Counted from the stretch's first letter, positions 19,985-36,527 are shown. The stretch: DNA of 64,000 bases from an uncultured delta proteobacterium (GCA_963804165.1 CAWDPO010000046.1:224001-288000), one strand, 5' to 3'. The notes: generated by a model from the letters alone, not told the origin. Made by a program: numbers and translations.

Positions 19985-20926
19985 ATGACGGCGGATTCGA
20001 TGTGCAATTTCGATCTGACTGATTACCTGCATAGGCAATCCGCCACCGTTGACCACGCGCTCGAACACTACCTGAGCAAGTACCCGGGAGCCTCGCAGAC
20101 GATATTTCGCGCGATGCGGTACGGAATTTTTCCTGGAGGTAAGCGAATTCGACCGGTTCTAACCCTTGCGGTCGGCGATTTGTTTGGTGCTGCACAGCAT
20201 CTCGTATTACCCTTTGCGTGTGCCGTTGAAATGATTCACGCCTACTCTCTGATTCATGACGACCTTCCCGCGCTGGACGATGACGATCTGCGCCGCGGGG
20301 AGCCTGCCGCGCATAAAGTCTTTGGCGAGGGCATGGCGTTATTGGCGGGGGATGGATTGTTGACCGAAGCTTTTCGTTTAATGGCCGACGCGGAGGCGAT
20401 GCGCGGTTTAGCCGCGGACGTCGTAGTTGAGGTGATTCGTGAATTGGCGCAGGCCGCCGGCGCGCTGGGTCTGGTCGGCGGGCAGGCGCTCGACTTAGAA
20501 GCGGAAGAGAAAGACGTAGATTTGCCTACCGTTGAAATGATTCATGTGCGGAAAACCGGCGCACTGATTCTTGCGTCGATTCGGATCGGCGCGCAGCTGG
20601 GCGGCGCCGCACCTGGCGATTTGACGAAAATCTCACGCTATGGCGAGTATCTCGGCTTGGCATTCCAAATCGCCGACGACATCCTGGACGCCCAGGAGGG
20701 GGCGGTGACCGAGTCCGGTCACAAAGAACGAAAAAAGGCGACGTATCCTTCGGTCGTAGGACTCACCTCGGCCCGGAATCGATTGAAAGAACTATTACAA
20801 TTATCATTAGCCGAACTGGAGCCGTTCGGCGTGCGCGCGCAGCCGCTCGCCGCTATAGCCGGGCATATAGTCAATCGAGTCATTCAAACCGAGATTGAAT
20901 TTCCGGCAAAGGAGACCCATGGATAA
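19985..20926 (+). CDS. ispA: Farnesyl/geranylgeranyl diphosphate synthase
   Basis: [28 protein letters not shown]. Confidence 0.93.
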   Translation: MTADSMCNFDLTDYLHRQSATVDHALEHYLSKYPGASQTIFRAMRYGIFPGGKRIRPVLTLAVGDLFGAAQHLVLPFACAVEMIHAYSLIHDDLPALDDDDLRRGEPAAHKVFGEGMALLAGDGLLTEAFRLMADAEAMRGLAADVVVEVIRELAQAAGALGLVGGQALDLEAEEKDVDLPTVEMIHVRKTGALILASIRIGAQLGGAAPGDLTKISRYGEYLGLAFQIADDILDAQEGAVTESGHKERKKATYPSVVGLTSARNRLKELLQLSLAELEPFGVRAQPLAAIAGHIVNRVIQTEIEFPAKETHG

Positions 20927-22844
20927 AGTGACGCGGTTGTTGGATGAGGTTGAATTCCCGAGTGACATTCGCGGGTTTTCTATTGAGCAATTGAACCAGC
21001 TTGCCGCTGAGATCCGAGAAGAAGTCATCTCGGTCGTCTCGGAGGTGGGAGGCCACTTTGCCTCGACGCTCGGCGCGGTCGAATTGACGCTCGCGCTGCA
21101 CTATGTGTTTCGCACACCGGAAGACCGCATCGTGTGGGACACGGGCCACCAAGCCTACGCGCATAAACTGATCTGCGGGCGGCGCGATCGTCTGGCGACG
21201 ATTCGCCAACTTAACGGCCTGAGCGGATTTTTAAGCCGGGAAGAAAGTGAATACGATGTTTTCGGCGCGGGTCACGCCGGGACGTCGATCCCGGCGGCTT
21301 TGGGAATGGTCGAAGCGAAATTTCTCGAAGGATCGAATCGTAAAGTCGTCGCCGTGATCAGCGATGGCTGCTTGAGCGCGGGTCTGACTTATGAGGGACT
21401 GAATTCCGCGGGCCATCTCGATCGCGATTTAATTGTCGTGCTGAACGACAACGAACATTTCATCGATCCCAGAGTCGGCGCCGTGTCTTCCTTCCTCAGT
21501 AAACAATTTACCACGGATTTAGGGGTTCGCCTGCAGAAGAACCTGTCAAATCTGCTGCGCAATTTGCCCAGCGGCGAAAATCTCAAACACGCGGCGCGCA
21601 AGCTGCGCGACTCGTTTTTGGGTTTGGTGACGCCCGGGTTTTTGTTCGAGAGTCTCGGGTTTCAATATGTCGGACCGATCGACGGCCACAACCTGAGTGA
21701 AATGATCACGACGCTGGAAAACGTCAAGAAAATCGAAGGGCCGACGCTCGTGCATATCATGACGAAAAAGGGCAAAGGCTATGCGCCAGCGGAACAAGAT
21801 CCGATCAAGTTTCACGCCGTGACGCCGTTTCACGTGCTCACGGGCAAGGCGAAGAAAGAAAAGGGACCGATTCCGACGTACACGGAGGTGTTCGGCCAAT
21901 CGCTCCTCCGCATCGCTAGACATAATCCCAAAGTTGTCGGCATCACCGCAGCTATGGGCAGCGGCACGGGCATCGATCGACTCGCGCGTGAGATTCCCGA
22001 ACGCACCTACGATGTCGGTATCGCCGAGCAGCACGCGGTGACTTTCGCCGGTGGCTTGGCGACGGAAGGTTTCATTCCGGTGGTGGCGATCTATTCGACG
22101 TTTTTGCAACGTGGCTACGACGAGATCTTGCACGACGTTTGCCTGCAAAATCTCCATGTGGTGTTCGCCCTGGACCGCGGTGGGCTGGTGGGCGCGGACG
22201 GGCCGACGCATCATGGAGTTTTCGACTTTGCTTATATGCGTTCGATGCCGAGCATCGTCATCATGGCGCCGAAGGACGAGAACGAATTGCAACATATGCT
22301 CAAGACCGCTGTTGAGTATTCCGGTCCGATCTCTTTGCGCTATCCACGCGGTGAAGGTTGGGGTGTCACGCTGGACGCCGAGACGAAGAGTCTGGAAATC
22401 GGTAGGGCTGAGTTGTTGCGTGAGGGTGGCGATGTAGTCATCGCGGCGATCGGCCAAACAGTTATCCCAGCGCTGAAGGCCGCGCAGGATCTCGCGCCGC
22501 TCGGTATCAACGCCGCGGTCGTCAACGCTCGCTTCGTCAAACCTCTGGACAAGGACTTGTTTCGTGACTTACTGACTCGCGTGCCGCGGCTGATCACGGT
22601 CGAAGATCACGTGATTGCCGGCGGTTTCGGCAGCGCGGTCATCGAATTCCTAGCTGACGAGGGCATCAGCGGTGTTGAAGTCAAGCGGCTCGGCGTGCCT
22701 GACCGATTTATTCCGCACGGCACCCAGGATGAGCTTAGAAAAATGTGCGGCTTCGATAAGGATGCGATCGCCCAGGCGGTGTTGCAGATGGTTCGACGCG
22801 GCAAGAAACGAAGCAGGGAGGGATGGGAAAGAGGCAGCGCTTAG
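20919..22844 (+). CDS. dxs: 1-deoxy-D-xylulose-5-phosphate synthase
   Basis: GGHFASTLG, DTGHQAYAHK, DVGIAEQHAV, DGPTHHG. Confidence 0.97.
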   Translation: MDKVTRLLDEVEFPSDIRGFSIEQLNQLAAEIREEVISVVSEVGGHFASTLGAVELTLALHYVFRTPEDRIVWDTGHQAYAHKLICGRRDRLATIRQLNGLSGFLSREESEYDVFGAGHAGTSIPAALGMVEAKFLEGSNRKVVAVISDGCLSAGLTYEGLNSAGHLDRDLIVVLNDNEHFIDPRVGAVSSFLSKQFTTDLGVRLQKNLSNLLRNLPSGENLKHAARKLRDSFLGLVTPGFLFESLGFQYVGPIDGHNLSEMITTLENVKKIEGPTLVHIMTKKGKGYAPAEQDPIKFHAVTPFHVLTGKAKKEKGPIPTYTEVFGQSLLRIARHNPKVVGITAAMGSGTGIDRLAREIPERTYDVGIAEQHAVTFAGGLATEGFIPVVAIYSTFLQRGYDEILHDVCLQNLHVVFALDRGGLVGADGPTHHGVFDFAYMRSMPSIVIMAPKDENELQHMLKTAVEYSGPISLRYPRGEGWGVTLDAETKSLEIGRAELLREGGDVVIAAIGQTVIPALKAAQDLAPLGINAAVVNARFVKPLDKDLFRDLLTRVPRLITVEDHVIAGGFGSAVIEFLADEGISGVEVKRLGVPDRFIPHGTQDELRKMCGFDKDAIAQAVLQMVRRGKKRSREGWERGSA

Positions 22845-23560
22845 ATCTTTTGCTGGTCGATCGCGGGCTTGTCGATAGCCGCGAAGTCGGCCGTCGCAAG
22901 ATTTTGGCCGGCGAAGTGCTGGTCGATGATCAACCGGTCACGAAGGCCGGTAGTCTGATCGATATTGGCGCGCGCGTAACTCTCAAGTCCGCGCCTCGCT
23001 ACGTCAGCCGTGGCGGGCTAAAACTTGAAAAAGCTCTGCAAGAATTCTCGATTAAATTGCGCGGAAAGACGGTGCTCGATGTTGGCGCATCCACGGGTGG
23101 ATTTACCGACTGTTTGTTAACCCACGGCGCGGCTAAAGTATTTGCGATCGACGTTGGCTACGGTCAGTTCGATTGGAAACTACGCAACGATTCACGCGTG
23201 TTGCTCCTCGAGAAAACCAATATCCGTTATCTCGACATTGGGCGCTTACCGTATGCTGCGGAGTTGGCGACGATCGACGTGTCCTTTATCTCGCTCACCT
23301 TGGTCTTACCCCGCGTAAAAGCGCTGCTCGCACCCGTTCACGAGATCATCGCTCTGATCAAACCGCAGTTCGAAGTCGGCAAAGGCAAAGTCGGCAAAGG
23401 CGGAGTGGTGCGTTTGCCGGAAGAACGTACGCGCGTGATCGGCCAAATCCAAGACGCGGCGATAGGCTTGGGCTATCAGGTGCATGGCCTGATCGAATCG
23501 CCGCTGCTCGGGCCAAAGGGAAACAAGGAGTTCTTGGTCTACCTTGGCATCGACGGATGA
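22823..23560 (+). CDS. tlyA: TlyA family rRNA methyltransferase
   Basis: S4 domain, YVSRGGLKL, DVGASTGGFTD, KPQFE. Confidence 0.93.
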   Translation: MGKRQRLDLLLVDRGLVDSREVGRRKILAGEVLVDDQPVTKAGSLIDIGARVTLKSAPRYVSRGGLKLEKALQEFSIKLRGKTVLDVGASTGGFTDCLLTHGAAKVFAIDVGYGQFDWKLRNDSRVLLLEKTNIRYLDIGRLPYAAELATIDVSFISLTLVLPRVKALLAPVHEIIALIKPQFEVGKGKVGKGGVVRLPEERTRVIGQIQDAAIGLGYQVHGLIESPLLGPKGNKEFLVYLGIDG

Positions 23561-23619
23561 AGCTTGTGCGGATCGTCGCGCAAGCTTCGCGGTAATCAGG
23601 CGTTGTTCAATGACACAAT

Positions 23620-24363
23620 TTGATTGTCAGTAATATGGCCGGTTTTAAGAGAATCGCGCATCGTGGCGCGTCAGGTCAATATCCAGAAAACACCGCTCTG
23701 GCTTTCAAAAAAGCCATCGAGGCAGGGGTCGATATGATCGAGCTCGATTGCCAGCTTTCTCAAGATGGCCATGTGGTTGTCTTTCATGATGAACGATTGA
23801 CACGCACCGCCGGCGTTAGAGGTGCCGTCAGAAGCAAGACCTTGGCGCAACTAAAGAGACTTGATATCGGGCGGTGGCGCAAAGAATCTTTCAAAGGCGA
23901 GCGCATTTTGACCTTGGAGGAAGCCTTGGAGTGCATGGCTGGTAACGCGGATCTTTGTCTCGAAATTAAATCCTACGCCGACTCGGAGCCAGGGATTGAG
24001 CTCAAGATTTTGTTCATCGTCAGTCACTATGATTATCTGGATCGAACGATCATTTCGTCATTTAATTATCATTGTCTCTCCCGCGTGCGAGAGTTGGCTC
24101 CGGAGGCATCGATCGGAATCCTTTTCGGTTCTAACGTCAACGATAACCCTTTCGAAGCGGCCAGGCGGCTGGCGGCGAATTCGATCCAAGTCCAAAAGCA
24201 AAACGTCACGGGGGAGTTTTTATCGCGAGCATGGGAGGACGGGTTGGACGTCTACGTCTGGACGGTGAACGAGGTTAAAGATATGGAAGCGTTGATTTCG
24301 CTAGGCGTGCAGGGTTTGATCTCGGACTTTCCAGAGCGATTTAGAAAATTCAGATGCGGCTGA
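23620..24363 (+). CDS. Glycerophosphodiester phosphodiesterase
   Basis: IAHRGAS, PENT, ELDC, VVFHD, WTVN. Confidence 0.92.
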   Translation: MIVSNMAGFKRIAHRGASGQYPENTALAFKKAIEAGVDMIELDCQLSQDGHVVVFHDERLTRTAGVRGAVRSKTLAQLKRLDIGRWRKESFKGERILTLEEALECMAGNADLCLEIKSYADSEPGIELKILFIVSHYDYLDRTIISSFNYHCLSRVRELAPEASIGILFGSNVNDNPFEAARRLAANSIQVQKQNVTGEFLSRAWEDGLDVYVWTVNEVKDMEALISLGVQGLISDFPERFRKFRCG

Positions 24364-24535
24364 AGGCTCGGACGTGGCTGAACGCCGAAGGCTGTTGGCA
24401 AGTCCGTTGCGAATTTTTATATGTAGTCAAATTTTCATGCTAAGGCATGATTAGCTAATTGCTCTTGGCGCTTTGATAGAAGTGGTCATTCGTTCATCAA
24501 TTGCCTTCAAACCGTTCATTTTTAAAGTGAATTGC

Positions 24536-24563
24536 TTGACTTGGGAAGTAAATGCGCTAGAAT
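24536..24563 (+). promoter_or_regulatory. Putative sigma-70 promoter of the rpsU operon
   Basis: TTGACT-N16-TAGAAT about 50 nt upstream of rpsU. Confidence 0.55.
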
Positions 24564-24614
24564 CACCCGCTGACATGTAAATGGTCAGTCGGCGATCGGG
24601 GGTGATGCAGGTTT

Positions 24615-24809
24615 ATGACCGGAGTCCGAGTTCGAGAAAACGAATCCATTGAAAGCGCTATCCGACGCTTTAAAAAACTGTGCGAAAAGGCGGGTATCCT
24701 CGCTGAGCTACGCAAGCGAGAACACTACGAAAAACCGAGTGTTAAGAAGAAAAAGAAGGCGATCGCGGCAAAAAAGAGAGCATTGCGACGGGTACGTCAT
24801 TCTTTTTAA
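24615..24809 (+). CDS. rpsU: 30S ribosomal protein S21
   Basis: [12 protein letters not shown]...[12 protein letters not shown]. Confidence 0.97.
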   Translation: MTGVRVRENESIESAIRRFKKLCEKAGILAELRKREHYEKPSVKKKKKAIAAKKRALRRVRHSF

Positions 24810-24842
24810 GATTCCCGTGCGGAGAGTACGTGTCAACTGGCC

Positions 24843-25289
24843 GTGGAACTTAAGGCTGAATTAAAAGAGGCCGTGAAGACCGCGATGAAAGGTGGCGACA
24901 CCGTGACCCTTTCAACGCTCAGGCTTCTTTTATCGGCCGTTCATAACGAGGAAATTAGGGTCAGGAGAGAACTTGTCCCTGAAGAAATTCAACGCACCAT
25001 TGCCACACTTTGTAAACAGCGAACCGAAGCGATTGAATTATACCGCAAGGGCAAGCGAGAGGAGCTTGCGGAGAAAGAGGAGGCCGAGCTGGCGGTGCTC
25101 AAGCGCTACTTGCCTCAGCCGCTCTCCGAAGATGAAATTAGAGGTTTGATTCAAGCTGGTATTGCCGAGGCAAGCGCCAAGGGAATTCAAGATCTTGGTA
25201 AAGTCATGAAGTTGGTTATGCCGAAAGTGGCTGGCAGAAGCGACGGCAAGCAAGTCAACGAGCTGGCAAAAGCGCTTCTGGGTGGCTGA
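24843..25289 (+). CDS. GatB/YqeY domain protein
   Basis: AMK, YLPQPLSE, LGKVMK, GRSDG; position after rpsU. Confidence 0.92.
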   Translation: MELKAELKEAVKTAMKGGDTVTLSTLRLLLSAVHNEEIRVRRELVPEEIQRTIATLCKQRTEAIELYRKGKREELAEKEEAELAVLKRYLPQPLSEDEIRGLIQAGIAEASAKGIQDLGKVMKLVMPKVAGRSDGKQVNELAKALLGG

Positions 25290-25486
25290 CGTTCCGGCGC
25301 TGCGCGTGGGACTCCCGGGCAGGCTGAGAAGTCTCCGCGCAGAGATGCATTATTCAGATCGCGCATTGGCGATTGTTTGCTTTTCGGGACGTGTCCAGGG
25401 CGAAATGATTTCGTGAGGCTTTGATACGCGGCGCGCATGCAGACTCTGAAATTGACCGAACCGCGCATCCGCGGTGGTTTCTGCTC

Positions 25487-26020
25487 GTGAATGGGGTCGA
25501 TCTGATTCTCGTCCTAGTGCTGGCCCTCTTTGGCCTGAGGGGATTTTTTCGAGGCCTCTTTCGAGAAATTTTGTCTGTGGTAGGTTTAATTGCCGGTTTC
25601 ATGTTGGCCGTTGCCTTTCTTCAACCAGTGGCCTCCTATGCCGCGGGTTTCTGGAAAACGCCGCCGTTAATTCTCAAAGGTTCGATCTTCGTCATCATTT
25701 TCTTTCTGGTGTACTTCTTGTTTAATGTTGCTGGCTGGTTGCTGCATCGTTCGGAAAGTCTGTTGTTTCTCAAAACGGTGAATCGCGCCGGAGGTGTCGC
25801 TATGGGCTTAGCCAAGGGCGTGGCTATCGTGGCGTTGATCATCTTTTTTCTGAGCGATGCGGCGTGGTTACCTAAAGCAGGCCGGGAGAAATTTCACGGG
25901 TCATATCTCGTCTCGCCGCTGTCACACTTTGCGGAGAGCCTGATTCGTATTGGCAAACAGAGGGTACTTTATAGCGCGGAGTTGGAGCGGACTTCATCCC
26001 CCGGCGCCAAACGCCTGTAA
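25487..26020 (+). CDS. CvpA family membrane protein
   Basis: GFFRGLFRE, NRAGGVAMGLAKG; TM segments. Confidence 0.85.
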   Translation: MNGVDLILVLVLALFGLRGFFRGLFREILSVVGLIAGFMLAVAFLQPVASYAAGFWKTPPLILKGSIFVIIFFLVYFLFNVAGWLLHRSESLLFLKTVNRAGGVAMGLAKGVAIVALIIFFLSDAAWLPKAGREKFHGSYLVSPLSHFAESLIRIGKQRVLYSAELERTSSPGAKRL

Positions 26021-26029
26021 CTTCCTGCA

Positions 26030-27829
26030 ATGATTAGCCAGGAAAAAATCGCAGAGATTCGCAATCGCGCTTCGATCGTTGAGGTCGTTTCCGACTACGT
26101 CACCTTAAAAAAGGCGGGCCGCAACTACATGGGGTTATGCCCCTTTCATGCGGAAAAGACGCCGTCGTTTACGGTCAGCGAAGACAAGGGAATCTATCAT
26201 TGTTTCGGCTGCCAAACCGGCGGAAGCATTTTTCATTTTCTGATGCAGTACGATCAGTTGACTTTTCCCGAAGCGGTCGAGCGAGTAGCGAAACGTTACG
26301 GGATCATCGTCGAGCGAAGTGATCGGCAATTGACTTCTGACGGGTCCGGCGAGCGCGAGCTTCTCTATCGAATTAACGAGCGTGCTGCCGCCAACTACCA
26401 GAAAATACTTTTTCACCATCCGGACGGCGCCAAGGCTTTAGGGTATTTGAAATCCCGGGGTGTCGACGAAGCAACTGCGCGCAAATTTATGTTGGGCTAT
26501 GCGCCTCAGGGTGGTTCGGGACTTGTTAATCTGCTCCGGCAGGAAAAGATTGCGCTGCAAGACGTACTCCGTCTCGGCTTGATCGGTCAGCGCGGGCCGC
26601 AAGAATTTTACGAAAAATTTTTTGCTCGGGTTATCTTTCCAATCGCCAATCCGGCAGGAAAAATCGTCGCCTTCGGTGGCCGTGTGCTCGACCAAGGCCT
26701 TCCCAAGTATCTGAATTCGAGCGAAACACCTCTTTTCCACAAAGGCGCAACTCTCTACGGGCTTTATCAAGCAAAGGATGGCATCCGCAAATCAGATCGC
26801 GTGGTGGTGGTCGAAGGTTATCTCGATGTCATCGCTTTGTCGCAACACGATATTGGTTACGCCGTCGCAACCCTCGGCACGGCGTTGACAGTGGATCATG
26901 CGCGCGCTCTGTCGCGTTATACGAAGAACATTATCGCGCTATTCGACGGCGATGACGCCGGGCAGAAGGCGGCGGCCCGGAGCTTTGAGATCTTTGTCCA
27001 AGCCGGTCTGCTCGGTCGCGCGGCCTTTTTGCCAAAAGGAGACGATCCCGACACCTTCGTGCGCCGCCACGGCAAAGCGGGGTTGGAAACGGTTCTCGAC
27101 GGAGCCGTGCCGCTGGCGGATTATTTTTTCTCCTGGCTCGAACGCCGTTTTGGCAAAACCCTCGAGGGAAAGAGCCAAATTGCTGGCGAAGTGAGTCGAG
27201 TTTTGACCAAAGTGAGCAATGCTTTCGAAGTCGACTTGCTGGTGCGCCGGGCGGTCGATATGTTGGGAATCCGCGAAGAACTGTTGCGCCGGCCCGCGCC
27301 GGTCGCTGGTTTGCCACGTCGCGACTCTCGCAGCGCAATGGCGACAACGGGAACGGAAGGGAATCGTGACGACGTCGCCGAGCGGTCGCTGGTGAGTTTG
27401 ATGCTGCGAACAACCTCCGCGGTTGCAAAAATTGCCGCGGAGAAGGAGGCAGCGAATTGGTTCGGGCCCAAATGGCGCGGGGTGGTTGACGGAGTAGTGA
27501 GCGAATGGCTAGAAGGTAGGAATGTCGATGTGGCGGGACTCACCCAACGACTGCCCACGAATTTGGCGGGTGAGGTCGCGGCCCTAGCGATGGCAGGAGA
27601 GGATCCGACCGATGCTGAATGCGCCCGAATGATCACAGATTGCCTCGCTCATTTGCGCCGCAAGTATCTCAAGGGAATGGAGCGCGAGTTGCGCATCGCA
27701 ATCCGCGCCGCCGAGGAGCAAAACGACGAGAAAGCTAAGAGAGAAAGGATACTAGAATGGCAAGACCTCGTACGAAAAGAGCGCCAACTAGAACGCCGAA
27801 AGCTCGAGCCGAAGCGACCCGTCCGGTAG
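26030..27829 (+). CDS. dnaG: DNA primase
   Basis: [11 protein letters not shown]...CFGC zinc finger, KYLNS, EGYLD TOPRIM. Confidence 0.97.
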   Translation: MISQEKIAEIRNRASIVEVVSDYVTLKKAGRNYMGLCPFHAEKTPSFTVSEDKGIYHCFGCQTGGSIFHFLMQYDQLTFPEAVERVAKRYGIIVERSDRQLTSDGSGERELLYRINERAAANYQKILFHHPDGAKALGYLKSRGVDEATARKFMLGYAPQGGSGLVNLLRQEKIALQDVLRLGLIGQRGPQEFYEKFFARVIFPIANPAGKIVAFGGRVLDQGLPKYLNSSETPLFHKGATLYGLYQAKDGIRKSDRVVVVEGYLDVIALSQHDIGYAVATLGTALTVDHARALSRYTKNIIALFDGDDAGQKAAARSFEIFVQAGLLGRAAFLPKGDDPDTFVRRHGKAGLETVLDGAVPLADYFFSWLERRFGKTLEGKSQIAGEVSRVLTKVSNAFEVDLLVRRAVDMLGIREELLRRPAPVAGLPRRDSRSAMATTGTEGNRDDVAERSLVSLMLRTTSAVAKIAAEKEAANWFGPKWRGVVDGVVSEWLEGRNVDVAGLTQRLPTNLAGEVAALAMAGEDPTDAECARMITDCLAHLRRKYLKGMERELRIAIRAAEEQNDEKAKRERILEWQDLVRKERQLERRKLEPKRPVR

Positions 27830-29631
27830 CAAAATCTTTATCCGGCTCAGTCTCCGCCGGGGCGCCGGTGGAAAAGAAGAATCTGAAGGAGGTCAAGAAG
27901 CTCATCGACCTGGGCAAAGAGAAGGGCTATCTGACCTACGACGATGTGAACGACATGCTGCCGGCGGAAGTCGTTTCTCCGGACCAGATCGACGATGTCA
28001 TGTCGATCTTCGGCGAAATGGATATCGAGGTCGTAGATGCCAATCAACGAATGACGCTCGGTGGCGCGGGCGAGGAGCTTGTCGAAGAAGAAGAGGAGGA
28101 AAAAGAAATCGATGGCGACGTGGACGGCGACGTCGTCGGTAAAACCGGAGATCCGGTGCGCATGTATTTGCGCGAGATGGGCACGGTATCGCTACTTAGC
28201 CGCGAGGGCGAAGTCGAAATCGCCAAAAAGATCGAAGAGGGCGAGAACCGGGTTATTAGCGAAGTCTTGTCGAGTCCGTTGGCTCTGACATACATCTTGG
28301 ATCTCGGTGAGAAACTAGCGCAACACGAAATTCGCGTGCGCGAGATTATCAAAGAGGAGGGGGAAGAAGACAGCGAGGACTTCGAGGATGAGGAGGTACA
28401 CGAAAAGAGATTGCTTGATCAGATTGGCAAGATTCGGCGGTTGACCAACGATCGAGAAAAAATCAAGCGCCAACTCGACGGCAAACGAGTATCCGCGCAG
28501 CGGCGCCGCTCGCTTTTAGACAGTGTGACAAAGTACAGCGATAAAATTATCAATGCCCTGATCGGCATGCAGCTTAACCGAAAGCAAACCGAGGCGATCG
28601 CAGACGGACTGAAACGCGCAATGGAGCGAATGCAGTCACTCGAACGGAGAGTCAGAGAATTCGAGCACAGAGTTGGCAAGCCTTCGGCCGAAATCTTGAG
28701 GCTGGTCGCCGACGCCGACGGTCGCAAGAAGAATTGGCAAAAGATCACCGGATCCATGCGCATGGGGCACGACGCGATCGTGCACATGGCCGAGGAGATT
28801 CGTAACGCCCGGCGTGATATACGGCATATCGAGAAAGACCTTGAGATTCCAGTGGACGAGATCAAGCGTCGGGTCTATTCGATCATCGAGGGAGAGACCA
28901 AAGCCAACTTGGCGAAGAAGGAACTGATTGAAGCCAACCTTCGTTTGGTCGTGAGCATCGCCAAGAAATATACCAATCGTGGCTTGCAATTTCTTGATCT
29001 CATCCAGGAGGGTAATATCGGCTTGATGAAAGCCGTGGACAAGTTCGAGTATCAGCGCGGTTATAAATTTTCCACCTATGCGACCTGGTGGATCCGTCAG
29101 GCGATTACCCGAGCGATTGCGGACCAGGCGCGCACGATACGCATTCCCGTCCACATGATCGAAACCATTAATAAATTGATCCGTACGTCGAGATATCTGG
29201 TCCAGGAAATCGGCAGGGAGCCGACCCCGGAGGAGATCGCCACTAAAATGGAGATTCCGCTGGATAAGGTGCGCAAGGTGTTGAAAATCGCGAAAGAGCC
29301 AATTTCGCTAGAGACGCCCGTTGGCGAGGAGGAAGACAGCCATCTTGGTGACTTCATCGAGGACAAGCGCATTATTACCCCCTCTGACGCAGTGGTGAAT
29401 ATTAACTTACAAGAACAAACGCGCAAAGTCTTGGCCACTCTGACACCGCGCGAAGAGCAGGTCTTGCGCATGCGCTTCGGCATCGGCGAAAAATCCGATC
29501 ATACGCTGGAAGAAGTAGGACAGAAATTTACCGTTACGCGAGAGCGGATTCGCCAAATCGAGGCGAAGGCTTTGCGCAAACTCCGTCATCCCAGCCGGAG
29601 CAAACGGCTGAAAAGTTTCATGGAAACTTGA
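27757..29631 (+). CDS. rpoD: RNA polymerase sigma factor RpoD (true start may be GTG at about 27868)
   Basis: [46 protein letters not shown]. Confidence 0.97.
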   Translation: MARPRTKRAPTRTPKARAEATRPVAKSLSGSVSAGAPVEKKNLKEVKKLIDLGKEKGYLTYDDVNDMLPAEVVSPDQIDDVMSIFGEMDIEVVDANQRMTLGGAGEELVEEEEEEKEIDGDVDGDVVGKTGDPVRMYLREMGTVSLLSREGEVEIAKKIEEGENRVISEVLSSPLALTYILDLGEKLAQHEIRVREIIKEEGEEDSEDFEDEEVHEKRLLDQIGKIRRLTNDREKIKRQLDGKRVSAQRRRSLLDSVTKYSDKIINALIGMQLNRKQTEAIADGLKRAMERMQSLERRVREFEHRVGKPSAEILRLVADADGRKKNWQKITGSMRMGHDAIVHMAEEIRNARRDIRHIEKDLEIPVDEIKRRVYSIIEGETKANLAKKELIEANLRLVVSIAKKYTNRGLQFLDLIQEGNIGLMKAVDKFEYQRGYKFSTYATWWIRQAITRAIADQARTIRIPVHMIETINKLIRTSRYLVQEIGREPTPEEIATKMEIPLDKVRKVLKIAKEPISLETPVGEEEDSHLGDFIEDKRIITPSDAVVNINLQEQTRKVLATLTPREEQVLRMRFGIGEKSDHTLEEVGQKFTVTRERIRQIEAKALRKLRHPSRSKRLKSFMET

Positions 29632-29687
29632 GACCGCCCCGCTTGAACCGGCGAAAAAGAACTTCTCACTCTTATTTAATTCTCATC

Positions 29688-29764
29688 GGGCCCATAGCTC
29701 AGTTGGTTAGAGCCACCGGCTCATAACCGGTTGGTCCCTGGTTCGAGTCCAGGTGGGCCCACCA
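29688..29764 (+). tRNA. tRNA with CAT anticodon, most likely tRNA-Ile2 (lysidine)
   Basis: GGGCCCA...TGGGCCC-ACCA acceptor, CCGGC-TCATAA-CCGG anticodon arm, GTTCGAG T-loop; lacks initiator features; located downstream of rpoD like E. coli ileX. Confidence 0.9.
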
Positions 29765-30053
29765 ACTTTCCTTGTCATTGATATCAGCGGTACGATTGTC
29801 GGTGGGTTCAGCCTTGCGTGCTCGCCCGATGCAGATTCCCCGTGGCTAGCGTGTAGATCAAACACGTGAATTTTCTCAACAGTCAGGTCGTTCAACTGGA
29901 GGTTCATCTGGTCGGTCAGAGAGGTATTTTAGACCAAATTTCAATCGGGCTAGCCTGCCTTATTTAGTCCACCTCTAGTGATTTGGAGCATTCGCGTACC
30001 TAGAGCCTTGGGAAATAGGCGACGATTCTGAGACTTCTGAGATAAACCTGTGC

Positions 30054-30069
30054 TGGTACTACCCTTGCT
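30054..30069 (+). promoter_or_regulatory. Putative sigma-54 promoter
   Basis: TGGTAC-TACCC-TTGCT just upstream of the TPR gene. Confidence 0.5.
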
Positions 30070-30086
30070 TTAGTAGCTTGCCCAAT

Positions 30087-30752
30087 ATGAATCCTACGGA
30101 CAAGAAAACGACTTTGCTCGCAGCACCGGAAGATCCTTTAGATACCGAAAAGCTTTTGCTCGACCGGATGAAGAAGAGTTCAAGCAGCGAGGATTACTTT
30201 CGCTGGATGCTTTTCGTCGTTGGTTTCTACCGAGGCATCAACAATATTGAAGCGGCCAGTGATTTGCTCGAAGGCTTTATCAAAATCACCAAAGATACCG
30301 AGCAGTCCGCTCATTGTTATTTGGCGCTTGGACAGATTGCCACCGACGAGCAGCGGCACGAAGATGCTCTCAAACATTTCACTATTGCGCTGGAACTTGC
30401 ACCGAAAAAACGAAAAGTCATCTATGTACTGCATAACAATATCGGTTATTGTCTCAATGCGCTCGATCGCTTCACCGAAGGAGAGCGGCATTGTCGATGT
30501 GCCATAGAAATCGACTGGACCCGCGCGAGTGGTTTCCGCAACCTTGGAATTAGTCTGAATGGCCAGGGAAATGTTTTCGGTGCTCTATGGGCGTTGACCG
30601 AGGCCGTGCGGGCGGACCCTGCCGACAGCCGAGCCGCTAACACTTTGGCAAATCTCATAGCATTGCATCCGGCTGTCGCAGTTCAATGTCCCTGGGTTAC
30701 GCAGGCTTTAACGGCTGATTTCAGTGCTAACCCTGACGTTCCTCTGATGTAA
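30087..30752 (+). CDS. Tetratricopeptide repeat protein
   Basis: TPR patterns CYLALGQI...ALELAP, HNNIGYCL, FRNLGISL...AVRADP. Confidence 0.75.
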   Translation: MNPTDKKTTLLAAPEDPLDTEKLLLDRMKKSSSSEDYFRWMLFVVGFYRGINNIEAASDLLEGFIKITKDTEQSAHCYLALGQIATDEQRHEDALKHFTIALELAPKKRKVIYVLHNNIGYCLNALDRFTEGERHCRCAIEIDWTRASGFRNLGISLNGQGNVFGALWALTEAVRADPADSRAANTLANLIALHPAVAVQCPWVTQALTADFSANPDVPLM

Positions 30753-31171
30753 GTCAAGCACGCTGGTTTTCCGACGTCAGCGCATTTTTTCTGCTGTGCT
30801 CGGTCGCATGCGAGTAATTTGACGGCCAGTTTTGTCGGATCATATTAAGTTCTTTCACCAACCTAAGTACTTCGGAATAAGTCCCCGTCGTCGCTCTGAA
30901 CCTGCACATTTGCAGCGTCGGACTGATAGTCAGCGTTGCCGTCGTTCGTAATGCGATTGCGTTCGCCGAAACTCACCTCAATAGCCTACACCGCTTTTGT
31001 AAAAAGTTGAGTCATTCGATCGCCACTGGCTCGTGGCGGTCGTTGATGGCTCTCGAGCACGCAATCGTATCGAGAAAATTTTGCGTTTTTATACTAAGAC
31101 AGTTGACTCCCGCAAGTTTGAATGACATAAGAATCTTAGGCTATTAAAGCATTTCGACTAATATTTTTAAC

Positions 31172-31657
31172 TTGTTAGACCACATAGATTTAAAAATACT
31201 TTATATTCTTCAAAATGACGGTCGACGGCGACTCGCCGATATCGCCGATGAGGTCGACTTGTCCGCGCCTGCCGTGATGGAGCGAGTCAAGAAGTTAGAA
31301 GCGAGCGGCGTCATTAGGGGTTATCAAGCTCTCATAGACGGCAAAAAAGTCGGTAAGGATATCACCGCGTTCATCGGTGTTTCGATCGGCAATCAACGCG
31401 ATATGGATAAGTTCGCGCATCAGATGATCGACTATCCGGATGTATTGGAGTGTCACCACGTTACCGGCGATGAAAGCTTCATGCTCAAAGTGAAATCAGC
31501 GAACACCGGCTCGTTGGAGAAGTTGCTTGGAGAGATTCGTTCCGTCGAGGGCGTGACCCGAACGGTTACGAAAGTGGTCTTATCCACGACAAAGGAGGGA
31601 CAGGCGCTGGAACTTGATGCCGGACTCGCGGAAGCGTCGCCTGTTAGAAAGAAGTGA
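31172..31657 (+). CDS. Lrp/AsnC family transcriptional regulator
   Basis: LDHIDLKIL..LQNDGR, ERVKKLE..GVIRGY, ECHHVTG. Confidence 0.92.
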   Translation: MLDHIDLKILYILQNDGRRRLADIADEVDLSAPAVMERVKKLEASGVIRGYQALIDGKKVGKDITAFIGVSIGNQRDMDKFAHQMIDYPDVLECHHVTGDESFMLKVKSANTGSLEKLLGEIRSVEGVTRTVTKVVLSTTKEGQALELDAGLAEASPVRKK

Positions 31658-31770
31658 CTTTTCCGATGTACGAATCGGCAAATGACTCGTCATGGATTGT
31701 TCGACAAACTCGCATGACGGCGTTGCAATCCAACGGCGATTCACGTTGAAATATATTGAAAGGTGAAATC

Positions 31771-36371
<4,601 letters not shown>

Positions 36372-36527
36372 ACACCGGCCCTTGCTGCACGGGTCATCGA
36401 CAAGTTTAGGATTCTTGTTTTGAGTTAGCTCAACTCGGCTCAAAATCAAATATTCGAAACTGAAAGCTTGGAAGTTTCACGCCGCGCGCCGGGTACGTGG
36501 ATTGTATTGCTAAGAGAAGGGTAACCG

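Noticed and set aside
25290-25486. ncRNA between yqeY and cvpA
   Set aside because: Only one imperfect hairpin (about 25300-25342), with no recognisable family motif.
27757-27829. 73-nt dnaG/rpoD overlap as a special feature
   Set aside because: More simply explained by a downstream GTG start (about 27868) for rpoD.
29765-30050. Prophage or island integrated at the tRNA(CAT)
   Set aside because: No integrase and no duplicated tRNA 3' end seen downstream.
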